Origin: Octopus vulgaris
Lineage: Eukaryota
Direction of reading: 5' to 3'
Length of the DNA stretch: 64,000 nucleotides
NCBI GenBank assembly: GCA_951406725.2
Contig: OX597817.1
Coordinates: forward strand, 67,208,001-67,272,000
The stretch's first letter is position 1. Each line of letters starts with the position of its first letter. A model generated the notes under the pieces. It was given only the letters and a program-made list of their open reading frames with translations. It ran no database searches and was not told the origin of the DNA. Below, in pieces: positions 52,193 through 64,000 of this stretch. The translations under genes were made by a program, and so were the position numbers.

Positions 52193-52835
52193 TGTATTGA
52201 TGTAATTTTCCACGCTGAATCTCATGGACTGATTCAAGTTTTTTTTTTTTTTAAGTTAAGAGGTTTAATGTTTCATAATTTCTATCCAGTCAGAAAACAG
52301 GATTTGGAAACTGTTATTTTGTGCATTACTGCACGTGTTGTCAAATATTAACAAATGAAATATTGGCGGAATTCTGTTTTACGCTCGCCATATAATTCCT
52401 CATAACATTTTTTCATTTTTGGGAATTTTCAGAATATTTTCGCAAACTTGCATTTTATACACAGGAAATTCTTACGATCACGCAAGGAAAAAAAAATTAA
52501 GGCCTATTTAGCTGTTTAGCCCGTGAGTATTGACCACATGGGTAAGCATCTTGGTAACAGCCTGGCTTCTTACTATGAAAACAGACACTTATATGTCTGT
52601 CTTTCGATTGGCTAAAATAATCCCAAATTTGCAAACTTTAAAAGCTATTAACTATTTATTGATCTATGGCGAAAATGAATTTCATGTCAATGATTACCAT
52701 ACAATATTACATCATACACCAAATATGAAATCAACTGGAACAAAAATTGAAGTAATTGAAATGTGGCAGCCAAGTAGAAAAGGGCCTATATATATATATA
52801 TATATATAGGACGTATATATAAGCACACACACACA

Positions 52836-52907
<72 letters not shown>

Positions 52908-53218
52908 ATACACAGTATATATTTTGCGTGAATGTGTATACGCATACACACACGTAAAATAAAAATGAAATGATACCAGCCTCAGATGTATGGGTAGAGC
53001 AGAGATAAGTATACTCAGGTATTAAGAACGCATCGTAAAAATCAGTTGCCAGAAAGAGCAGTCAAATTGGTCTCAAATTACATTTTTTCTTAGAAAAAAG
53101 AACGGATTTGATAATGTAGTTATAGGTACGAAATTGTCTCCGAAATAATACTACTACTACTAACAGGGGTGGAATGCCTTTGATCGTGAGTTTGCTTAAT
53201 GAAAATTAACCGCGGGCT

Positions 53219-53329
53219 AAACAACAACAACAGCAGCAACTACTGCTACTACTGCTGCCACCGCCGCCGCCGCCGCCGCCACCACCACCACCACCACCAC
53301 CACCACCACCACTACTACTACTACTACTT

Positions 53330-53377
<48 letters not shown>
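53219..53377. repeat. Compound trinucleotide run (AAC)(AGC)(TAC/TGC)(CGC)(CAC)(TAC)
   Basis: Directly visible. Confidence 0.9.
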
Positions 53378-53882
53378 TATCGTCATTGAGATACATTTTA
53401 CTCGCCATACAGTATTGGCCATTAAACATTAAACAAAGGTAACTAAGTGCAATCATACAAAATCCCCACCCCACCCACCCTGACAGCTACTACTGTCACT
53501 ATTGCCATGATGGGTTTCAGCTTCTCCATATTTTGTACAAAATATTAAGAATACTTCGCAAAACACTCTTGCTCCACTTAAGATGCTGTTCACACTACAG
53601 ATTAAATCAGCTCTATAAAATGATTTGATCAAAATACGCTTAACACCTCTCTCTCTCCTTTTCCCCTCTCTCTCCATTTCCTTCTCTGTCTGTCTGTCTC
53701 TTTCTCTCTCCCTCCCCCCTCTCTCTCTATTTATCTACCTAACTGCTTACCTACCGCCCTTTCTCTTTTAGTCAGTCTGTCTGTTTCGATTTACCACAAG
53801 TTTCATCTCTAATTCACTTGTAACGTTTTACTAGCTATTTCGCCCACATATTCTTCGTTCTTATAGTCTATATATGTGTGTG

Positions 53883-53915
<33 letters not shown>

Positions 53916-54040
53916 AAAGACTTCTTTTTTCTGTCAAGGGCTTATATGCCGCTTTATTAAACTATTTTTTCATTTTTCCTTAGTCATTGCACGGTGATCG
54001 CCATAAGCTTTAAGCTTATACAAATACCATATGTGAATCC

Positions 54041-54119
<79 letters not shown>

Positions 54120-54299
54120 ATGATTGTGTATATATGTATGTATATGTACATACACTCACATATATGTGTATGTATATACAAGCTTATATATATTGGAAAA
54201 AAGAGAACATGAAGTAGTTACTATATATGTGTTTAAAAACAGTCAATTCCTTACATCGCCACTCAGAGTCTCGTGCTTTCATACATGCAAAGTACTGAG

Positions 54300-55414
54300 A
54301 ATACTTCATACGATATTGAGAGAGATGGCGGAAGATATGCATTTAAAGTCAATTGATTTCTGAACTCCTCTCGCAAGAAACCATCAAGTTGTTTGAAAAA
54401 GTGATAGAGGAATGGAGAAAGGTCTGAGGAATAAGCTGAGTGGGGAAGAACTTCGCGGCCAAGTTCCCTCAGCATCTGGAGCGTTATTATTGAAACGTGT
54501 GGTTAACCATTGTCATGAAGAATGATTAGCCCTCTTCTGTTAACCAGCCTGGGATGAGGGAGGAGTACTTTTTCGTTTATTTTGGCAATTTCGTGGCAAT
54601 ATGTTTCTGCAGTAGTGGTTTTTCCGGGTTTAAGAAGTTATAGTAGATTAGTCCAGCAGTATACCACCAAACAGTCACCATCACCTTCGTTTTGAAGAGC
54701 TGTGGTTCAGGGAAGGTTTTCGGTGCTTCATTTTGGTCCAACCACTGCGAAAAACATTTTTTATTATTGTATAGCATCCACTTTTCATCACAAGTTACAA
54801 TGTAGTCAAGAAATCGATCGGTCTGGTTACGGAGAAGAAGCGACAGGCAAGTTTCATATCTGTGCATTTTCTGATTTTCATTCAAATCGTGTGGTACCCA
54901 TTTGTCGAGCTTTTTTTTATTTTGGTTGCAGGCAGTTTTCTAGCTAACTTGAAGTTCTTTTGCCAGTTCTCGAATAGTTTTACGTAGATCTTTCTCAATG
55001 ACTGTCTTTAATTGACCGTCATCGATGACATATGGGCGTCCACTACGCTCACGATCTTCAAGGCTCAGGTCTCCACTGCGAAATCTTTTAAACCGTATTC
55101 GAGCTGACCACTCACTCGTCATTTCCACACTAAACGTTTCGTTGATATCGCGAGCAGTTTCAGATGCTTTACGTCCATTTTTGAAGTTGGATAGCAAAAC
55201 TGCTCGAATATCGCGCTTTGACAATTCCATTTCAGATGATTGTAACAACGGTGAAAAAATATCGATATTAATTTATTGATACATTTTGAACATGTCTATG
55301 TCTGAATCATCAGACACTTGAAAAAGAATGTTTTAAAAAATTGAATATTCTGCAAAAATCCAATACAAATTCTTTATGGTTCAAAATGTCGCTTACTTTT
55401 TACTCAACCTGATA
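54300..55414 (-). mobile_element. mariner (DD34D, Mos1/Hsmar-like) transposon, frameshifted, 3'-truncated
   Basis: HTH FKRFRSGDLSLEDRERSGRP, WVPH, IVTCDEKW, KVMVTVWW, HDN, HSAYSSDLSP..YHFF; TIR-like tatcaggttgagtaaaaagtaagcg at the right end. Confidence 0.9.
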
Positions 55415-55703
55415 TACGCGACGGGCTTTCTCTCGCAGTTTCCATCTACCAAATTCACTAACAAAGTATAAGTCAGTAGAATATATTTGCCTATAGCAGT
55501 GGTTCTTAACCTTTTTCATCGTCTTAACCCCTGAAACTCTTCAGAGTATTACCGTGGCCCATATAATAAACACTGTAATTGTTGTGGAGCGCGAGATATA
55601 TAATGGTGTATGTTCTAATGAAAAACGAATCGAAATATGTCTTTGGTTTGAACATCTGAAAGTTTGGGGAAAATAGGGTATTGTGAAGTAGGGAAGAATA
55701 AAG

Positions 55704-55762
<59 letters not shown>

Positions 55763-56089
55763 GTGTGGCATGTTGGTGTGCTTAAGAACATTATGATGAC
55801 GACTTCGACTGTGACAATGATTATGATAACGATGTTCAGCAAAACGATAAGAATGTTGAAGCTGATACAGATGATAATGATGAGGATCATCATGATGGTG
55901 AGATGGTAGTGGTGTTGGCGGCCACTATGATGATGACAATAGTAATGACGATGATGATGATGAGGATGATAAAGTGAAGGAAGGGCGTTATTGATGAGAA
56001 TGGTCAGAAAAGGAAGGGCATTGTTGACAATTGTGGGGTAAAGGGGGAAAATAGGGCTGATAATTACAATGGTGACCTCGAAAATGATA

Positions 56090-56110
56090 ATATGATGACG
56101 ACAATGACGG

Positions 56111-56159
<49 letters not shown>

Positions 56160-56270
56160 AGTGGTGATGGTGGTGGTGGTGGTGGTGGTGGTGGTTGTAG
56201 GTGGTGGTGGTGGTGGTGGTGGTGATGGTGGTGGTGATGATGGGTATGATGGTGGTAACGATGACGATGA
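56090..56270. repeat. (GAT)n/(GGT)n microsatellite
   Basis: Directly visible. Confidence 0.9.
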
Positions 56271-56827
56271 TAAAAATGTGAACGGGTGCTTAGACTGACA
56301 CATGTCAAGCATTTATATTCTGAACGGTGTTCATTTTGTTTTTCTTTTGCTTTTGTTTATTTTTCATTTTATTAAAAAAACTGACTTTTTTCTGTGTTTT
56401 TTTTTAAATTCCTTTAGGATTCACAGTTTTTCGAAATTCTCTAGTCGAAAAGTTGAAGAGCCATTTAACTTGAAAAAATTTTAGAGACCAAATGTATTAT
56501 TTTTTTAGCAATAAATTCAAGAATTTCTGGTAAAGTATGTAGCATAAGTAAGTGAGAACATCTTTTGTGCGACGCGCTCTCTAAGCTTCGTTGGAATACT
56601 TAATGTGTCACCTGGTTTAGCATCACTTGACCCTTGTGTGCTTTTAGCAAAAGCGAATTTTTGAAAACATTTGGACCAGGTTTCCAATCTGAGAACATCT
56701 CGATATCTAGAAGCGCCCTTTCTTTCTACAGCAGTACTTCTGAAAGTGGGTGGTACCGTCCCCTGGAGGCGAAGGTAATCTATATGTGTACTGAGTACAA
56801 TGTGGACGGTTGGGAGTGGTTACAAGG

Positions 56828-57153
56828 ACAACCCTCGGTCATGAATAACCATGAGATTGCACCTAGAAAGTTACCCTCCGAGGCACAAGTCCGGGCAAGG
56901 TTGTTTATGAAAGACCAGTAGTCGCCTATATTATCAGCCTCTCTGCGCCACCGATGTTATCCAAGGGAAAGGCAAAGGCGAATGCAGCTTGGTACTAGTC
57001 ACGTCGCAACTCACTTTTATAGCTGAGTGAAATGGAGCAACATGAAATAAAGTATCTTGCTCAAGAACACAACATGCAGCTGGTCCAGGAATCGAACTCA
57101 CTACCTCATGATTGTGAGCCCGACGCTCTAACCACTGAGCTATGCGCCTTCAC
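56828..57153 (-). mobile_element. tRNA-derived SINE family C
   Basis: Minus strand begins ggcgcatagctcagtggttagagcg...gagttcgattcc (A/B boxes), then gttgtgttcttgagcaagatacttt..cactcagct, a central-domain-like block. Confidence 0.75.
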
Positions 57154-57528
57154 ATGGGATTGGCTATAGACGACCTTCTAATTGCTCAAATCTTCTGTCT
57201 AATGACTAAAACAAATAATAGATAAAAGATAAAATATAGAAGACAAAAACACACACACAGATATATACCATCATACACACATACACACATATGCATGTGT
57301 CTGTCTGTATGTATATATATCTTCTTCTTTCATGTCAGTTCATTTCTATCCAGCAGCTTTTGTTGCAGGTGCCGCCAAATTGAAAAACATTATCATAGGT
57401 GTCGAAATCCTGGGGTTATTTCGACCATAACAGATGAAGAATTGGGCTTGCTCGCGTCTATTATGTGTATCAAATGAATTGTAACTACAAATACATGCTC
57501 GCAGTCTGGTCACTTACCTTCCAAATTT

Positions 57529-57568
<40 letters not shown>

Positions 57569-57709
57569 ATATACATTATTTGTCTACTCTCTTAAATATT
57601 TTTTTCATTTGCGATTTATGTATCTTATATATGGAATGTACAGTATTTTCTTCTGCTTTTTTATCCTAATCTTTCCGATGAGTATTATTAATTTTTTATA
57701 TATTCATAT

Positions 57710-58085
57710 CATATTATATGAAAAAAGCAGGAAAATGGACAATTTTTGGTATCATTTACTCTCCATTACATATGTTTCATTTGCTAATAGGAATTACAAA
57801 GATTTACATATTAGATAGACTTGTAAGGATTTTCCCCTTAAAAATACGTGAGAGAGAAAGAGAGAAAGAGAGAGGGAAAAAAAGAAATCTTTTAATAATA
57901 ATAAGTTTTTTTTTATAGTAAAAAGATTATTTTTATTACAAAAGAACTTTCTCTCACAGACGAATTTCTAGTAGTAAATTCCTTATATGTCTATTTTTGT
58001 AATACCTATTAGCAACGAAACGCATGTAATGGAGAATAAATAATACCAAAACATTTTCACTTTCCTGTTTTGTTATACGATAACT
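57710..58085. repeat. Old diverged inverted repeat centred ~57905
   Basis: ctccattacat/atgtaatggag, ttgctaatagg/cctattagcaa, gtgagagagaaag/ctttctctcac. Confidence 0.75.
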
Positions 58086-58535
58086 CTGAAAATCATTTCC
58101 ATAATTCTCAATTTCAATATGTATTTTGACTAACATACAGCAGCAACCATGGATACTTATTGATTCTAATAATGGAATAAGCAGATGTGCTTCAAGAAGA
58201 AACAGCTGGGCTTTAGCCTAACTGCCTATATAATATTCATAATATATTAAATTATTTTATATTCCAAGTTTATTTTACTTGCAGCCTTTTCGTTTTACTT
58301 TATTTTTATTTCATTGCATCTTTTTAACCTTCGTTGCTTATTCTTTATGGCAGTGTTCATTTTATTGCGATGACCTACTCTTGTGCGTGTGGCATTGATT
58401 TCGCGTCAGCTAACTTTAACTTTGTTATATTTGTTTTAAAATAATTATTTATATATATATTTAATAACTTGTCTTATTATTGCGTCTTTCTTCTTTCTTT
58501 TCTTCCTTTCTGCTCGTCAGTTATAAGCACGATTC

Positions 58536-58591
<56 letters not shown>

Positions 58592-58772
58592 ATTAGGGCT
58601 TAGTAAAATAAATTACTTTGCCACATACTGAACTTTCTAGAAATAGCAGCCAAAAAAGTTTTTTAGCCATTTCCACTACTTAAAGAAAATTTCTCTCATA
58701 TAATGTTTACTCAAAATAACTCACGAAGGTATGGAGGTAAAAACAGAAAAATATCACAAGTACAAAGATTAT

Positions 58773-58833
58773 TTGAGAACGTTAACGTTTCTAGATTAGC
58801 CAAATAAACTCAGCATTTCTTTCGTCAGCTCAA
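58773..58833 (-). ncRNA. Minimal type-I hammerhead ribozyme (canonical core)
   Basis: ttgag-CTGACGA-a-aga[..]tct-a-GAAA-cgttaacg-TT-ctcaa. Confidence 0.8.
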
Positions 58834-59335
58834 CATTTCTTATTTTGGATTTGGAAGCACTAAAAAGAAAGAACATACCCTTTGGCGACTTATCACCTCA
58901 GATGACCCGTTCAGACTGCCAGTACTAACAAATTCAAAATGTGCAAGCGAAGATTCACTGCTCTCCCCTTCAACCCACGTGGGTTATCTAGCAAACATTA
59001 TATTTTAACGGTGAGAACCGAGGCAATATGACAGAGAGAAATGAATTATAATATCAACAATTGAGGGTAAAATTAATTAGTTATTAATCAATTTCACCAA
59101 GTATTCAGTATGTAAAAGGACCATTTAAGGCGAATTCAAAATATTACATTATATAATTAGGGCTTAGTAAAATAAATTACTTTGCCACATACTGAACTTT
59201 CTAGAAATAGCAGCCAAAAAGTTTTTTAGCCATTTCCACTACTTAAAGAAAATTTCTCTCAGATAATGTTTACTCAAAATAACTCACGAAGGTATGGAGG
59301 TAAAAACAGAAAAATATCACAAGTACAAAGATTAT

Positions 59336-59396
59336 TTGAGAACGTTAACGTTTCTAGATTAGCCAAATAAACTCAGCATTTCTTTCGTTAGCTCAA
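59336..59396 (-). ncRNA. Second tandem hammerhead copy with G5A core mutation
   Basis: Identical to 58773-58833 except the core reads CTAACGA. Confidence 0.6.
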
Positions 59397-59719
59397 CATT
59401 TCTTATTTTGGATTTGGAAGCACTAAAAAGAAAGAACATACCCTTTGGCGACTTATCACCTCAGATGACCCGTTCAGACTGCCAGTACTAACAAATTCAA
59501 AATGTGCAAGCGAAGATTCACTGCTCTCCCCTTCCACCCTGCTATTTCTAGAAAGTTCAGTATGTGGCAAAGTAATTTATTTTACTAAGCCCTAATTATA
59601 TAATGTAATATTTTGAATTCGCCTTAAATGGTCCTTTTACATACTGAATACTTGGTGAAATTGATTAATAACTAATTAATTTTACCCTCAATTGTTGATA
59701 TATATATATATATATATAA

Positions 59720-60106
59720 TAGGCGCAGGAGTGGCTGTGTGGTAAGTAGCTTGCTAACCAACCACATGGTTCCGGGTTCAATCCCACTGCGTGGCATCTT
59801 GGGCAAGTGTCTTCTGCTAGAGTCCTGGGCCGACCAATGCCTTGTGAGTGGATTTGGTAGACGGAAACTGAAAGAAGCCTGTCATATATATGTATATATA
59901 TATGCATGTGTGTGTGTGTTTGTGTATCTGTGTTTGTTCTAGCATTGCTTGACAACTAATGCTGGTGTGTTTACGTCCTCCATCACTTAGCGGTTCGGCA
60001 AAAAGAGACCGATAGAATAAGTACTGGGGTCGAGTTGTTCGACTAAAGGCGGTGCTCCAGTATGGCCGCAGTCAAATGACTGAAACAAGTAAAAGAGTAA
60101 AAGAGT
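59720..60106 (+). mobile_element. SINE family A, near full length
   Basis: Near-identical to 23705-24122 with a small deletion. Confidence 0.9.
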
Positions 60107-60128
60107 ATATACATACATACATACACAC

Positions 60129-60194
<66 letters not shown>

Positions 60195-60214
60195 GTATAT
60201 GTACATATATACAT

Positions 60215-60283
<69 letters not shown>

Positions 60284-60295
60284 TACATATATATG

Positions 60296-60611
60296 TCCTT
60301 AAATCCTTAAAAATGTTTTAGCCCGAAGGCTGCGGCCATGCTGGGGCACCACCGCTGAATGCGCTACACTAATTTGTGAATCCACCTCTGATACGTGGGA
60401 CTTGATCAACAAGGGAGTTTGATGCTGCTGCCCGCATCCGCGTCTCCTGTCGTGAGGTAGGTTCATCTGGGACTCCCGACAAGAAGAGATCCAGTTTAGT
60501 TTTAAAGAAACCCACATCCACACCATGTAAGTCTCTCAGGCATTTAGGGAGGATGTTAAAGAGCTGTGGTCCTCTGAAACCCAAGCTGTTGCAGTATCTG
60601 GACCTGTATTT

Positions 60612-60615
<4 letters not shown>
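60296..60615 (-). mobile_element. CR1/L2-like LINE 3' end (ORF2 C-terminus and tail)
   Basis: NSLGFRGPQLFNILPKCLRDLHGVDVGFFKTKLDLFLSGVPDEP..AAASNSL*, then tail ggtggtgccccagcatggccgcagccttcgggctaaaac and a short repeat. Confidence 0.8.
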
Positions 60616-60670
<55 letters not shown>

Positions 60671-60747
60671 TGCAGCGTGGAATGTGTTTGTAAGCCATTT
60701 AAGAAACACACAAAAGCTGTTCGATTCACTTCAACATTTAAGTTTAA

Positions 60748-60797
60748 TTTGTCAAAATATTTTCGTCGCTAAAATCCGCGACCTGTTCACTGACAAA
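60748..60797 (-). ncRNA. Hammerhead variant with G3-C8 core (left arm)
   Basis: Exact reverse complement of 60820-60869. Confidence 0.65.
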
Positions 60798-60819
60798 AAT
60801 CCGTGCTGCGTCACGGATT

Positions 60820-60869
60820 TTTGTCAGTGAACAGGTCGCGGATTTTAGCGACGAAAATATTTTGACAAA
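60820..60869 (+). ncRNA. Hammerhead variant with G3-C8 core (right arm)
   Basis: tttgtca-GTGAACA-g-gtcgc[ggatttta]gcgac-GAAA-atat-TT-tgacaaa: 7-bp stem I, 5-bp stem II, palindromic stem III. Confidence 0.65.
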
Positions 60870-61971
60870 TTAAACTTAAATGTTTTAGCCCGAAGGCTGC
60901 GGCCATGCTGGGGCACCACCGCTGAATGAGCTACACTAATTTGTGAATCCACCTCTGATACGTGGCACTTGATCCGTGCTGCAACGGACCGGCGTATTGT
61001 CCAGCTAGGGAATATATAGGCCACGGAAATCCAGGAAACCGGCTCTATGAGGCTTGGTGACTTGGGAAGGAACTTTATCCTTTGCCTCTTTTATTATTAG
61101 TGGCAGTGTTAACCAAACAAACAAAGACTATTTATCCAGCAAATACGGTGTTAAATAGCCATCCCAACTGATTGGTAGTATCGTATTGTATCACTCTCTC
61201 ACTCTCTCTCCTACCTTATAGTAGTCCTGTATCTAAAATTTTTACGACTCTTTTACTCTATCTTTTAGTCCCCCTCATACTTCTTTCCTCTTTTCTTTTT
61301 CTCGCTCCCCCTCTCTCTCACACATTTCTTGGCCCTCTCTTTTTTTAACTCTCACTTTTCCTCCTCGTTTATCTCCCCTACACCATTCCTTTTGTCTCTG
61401 ATTTTGTTTACTAATACTTCAATCCCATTGCCCCCTACCCTCTCTCCTCCTTCCACTTGACCGGTGTCCAGTCAGCCATGATCTTTCTTTCTTGGTCTGA
61501 CAGATGACCCCCGACACCTCTTATGTCCATCTTCTATGTTCTTGCCTTTAGGCTTTCACTTCATACACGACAGCTCAATTTGAATCGTTCTCAGTCGAAA
61601 GACACCTGTTGTTATATTCTTGTTGCTTGTATTTGTAATTGTGTACCATGTTCTCCGTTTTTTGTATTTGTTGCCGTACACATTCGCAAGCTTTCTTTTA
61701 AAAAATCTAATGCTCTTAGCTTAGACGTTTTGGGGAGCAACCAGATTGAAGTGTCTCACGTGTAACTGCTCGAAAGATTAATGACTTTTGGTAACTTGAC
61801 TGAGGAATGAAGGCTACGAATGACCTGTCTTTTTTTTTCGTATCTCTCTAATTGTTATTTCTCCTGTCCGCCTTTGTATCGTCTATCTGTCCGAATGTTT
61901 TATTGTCCTCTATTGCGTTTTTGTTCCATTACACACACACATGTATATGTGTATATATATATATGCATAAT

Positions 61972-62027
<56 letters not shown>

Positions 62028-62582
62028 TATGTGTGTGTATATATATATATTTATATATATATGTATGAATGTGTGTGTGTGTATATATATAATATATATA
62101 TATATATATGAATGTATGTATGTATGTATGTATGTATATGTCGCCTAGAAATTCCTGATTTGGGGTGAAACTGCGAGTCGCTGTGAAAGTTTGAACTTTC
62201 AAGTATCTACAATGAATTTACTCGGCGATTATATTTAACTCTCTTAGTGATAGCAGTACTTTATACATGCAACATACTCTATGCTATGTGTGTGTGAGAG
62301 AGAGAGAGTGGGGGGATTGTGCGTGTGTAATTAATATATATATATATAATTAAAATATTTGCAATATGTGAATGCCATTATTTTGTTAAGCAAAACAGCA
62401 AAACGGTTTGGTTAACTCACACTACCACTGCCATCCCATCCTCCCACTACCTGTCACGCCAATACAGTCCCTCCCTCACTAACACATAGTTATCGCTGTT
62501 TCTCATTATAACTACAACGCTTTCAACCTTCCTTTCCACACAACTTCTCTACATGAAGAAATTAAAACAATGTTTGAGATTC

Positions 62583-62665
<83 letters not shown>

Positions 62666-63169
62666 GTGTGTGTGTGAGAGTGTGTGCGTTTGTATGTGCA
62701 AGAGAAAAAGAGACAAAAGGAACAGCAAATGGGGAACAGGTTATAATAATGCACAAAGCGGAAGGATGGTGAAATAGTGAAAGGTAGCTAGATAAATTGA
62801 TAGTTAGGTAGTTAAATAGAGAGAGAGAGACAGAAAGACAGAGAGACAGAAAGAGATACAGACAGAGTAACAAAGTAAATGGATGAAGTAGAAAACGTAA
62901 GACGAAGACACAAGCAATTCAGAAGGTGAATGAATAAAATAGAATGTGAGAGAGGGAGGGAGTGAGAGAGAGTGAGAAGGAAATGGAATAGAAAAGGAGA
63001 GGGTGTGTTTGTGTGTGAGAGAGAGAAAGAGAGAGAGGGGGAGGGAGGGAAAGAGAGGGGGATTTGGTTTATAGGAAATAAAACTGCCTGGATCAAGTTA
63101 ACTTAGATAATTTATCAACGACTAAGCATGGTAAATGACTAAGTAATAAACACGGATATCTATATCTAT

Positions 63170-63171
63170 AT

Positions 63172-63216
<45 letters not shown>

Positions 63217-63470
63217 GAGAGATGTGTGAGCGTGTCACTGCTTCTGTATGCATGAATGTATGCATGTATGTATGCATGTGTGTATGTATGCATGCATGTA
63301 TATTTGTATGTATGTATGTATGTATGTATGCATGCACACATGCATGTATGTATGTATGTATGTATGTATGTATGTATGTATGTATGTATGTATGTATGTA
63401 TGTATGTATGTATGTATGTGTGTGTATGAATGAATGTATGTATGTATGTTTGTATGTATGCATGTGTGTA
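63170..63470. repeat. (CA)n and (TATG)n microsatellites
   Basis: Directly visible. Confidence 0.9.
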
Positions 63471-63602
63471 TGAAGGCGTGGCAAAGTATTTTTGCATATA
63501 GTTTGAACAAACTTTTACAATGAGGATTAAGGCCTTCTTATGAAAATTCTGTTTTATTAATGACTGTGGCCTACTCTGGATATTTACTCCGACAACGTAC
63601 AC

Positions 63603-63642
<40 letters not shown>

Positions 63643-63729
63643 CCATACATACACACACATTCACCAACACCCCCACACATGCGCGCGCGCATTATTTTGA
63701 TCATGAAATTACAATTATATATATATATA

Positions 63730-63847
63730 TAGTCAATAATAAAAGGGTAAAATTAATTAATTATTAATTAATAATTTTACCAAGTAGTTTTCAGTATGTA
63801 AAAAGACGATTTACGGTATATTTAAAACGTAATGTTTTAAATATACC

Positions 63848-63850
<3 letters not shown>
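63730..63850 (-). mobile_element. Diverged relative of the 58584-59701 repeat
   Basis: agggtaaaattaatta.ttattaat..accaagta..ttcagtatgtaaaa matches 59064-59118. Confidence 0.65.
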
Positions 63851-63904
<54 letters not shown>

Positions 63905-64000
63905 TGGCAAATGAAAGACGGAAGATGGAATATACGAGAATTTATTAATCACGACAATTGTTTCGACACATCTATTATCCATCCCTTATTATACTCAACT

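Larger units (their letters stand above)
58584..59701 (-). mobile_element. Hammerhead-containing ~563-bp tandem repeat (1.7 units) with an inverted partial copy; PLE pLTR / non-LTR retrozyme-like
   Basis: 58584-58976 is repeated at 59148-59539; 59540-59701 is the reverse complement of 59051-59212; flanked by (TA)n. Confidence 0.85.

Noticed and set aside
56860-56930. Twister-like words (ggtc..ccttgcccgg..gaggg) on the minus strand of SINE C
   Set aside because: Lacks the UAA cleavage loop and pseudoknot pairings; better explained as SINE body.
57085-57153. tRNA gene on the minus strand
   Set aside because: A/B boxes are present but the acceptor stem is incomplete and the sequence continues into a SINE body.

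Overview
AT-rich, microsatellite-saturated eukaryotic non-coding DNA (intron or intergenic). The repeat landscape strongly suggests an octopus genome; this is inferred from the SINE families and microsatellite density. There is no intact protein-coding gene. Almost all listed ORFs are microsatellite artefacts, and only one weak 67-nt minus-strand exon candidate (1760-1826) was found. The window is a patchwork of decayed transposons: a Ty3/Gypsy pol, four R4/Dong LINE pieces, two L1/Tx1 pieces, a CR1-like LINE tail, several Tc1/mariner elements, Helitrons, MITEs, three tRNA-derived SINE families, an 18S rRNA pseudogene fragment and many Penelope-like (PLE) remnants. The most interesting signal is about 13 minimal type-I hammerhead-ribozyme-like motifs in the PLE-type repeats. 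These include canonical cores (26430, 29490, 32730, 58773), a 563-nt tandem retrozyme-like unit (58584-59701) and non-canonical cores with compensatory 3-8 base-pair swaps (G3-C8 at 60748/60820, U3-A8 at 39277) or A6U (43635). The window also has many long fold-back palindromes and templated inverted insertions, and a SINE/LINE shared 3' tail with a covarying hairpin. All structures were paired by eye and none is experimentally tested.
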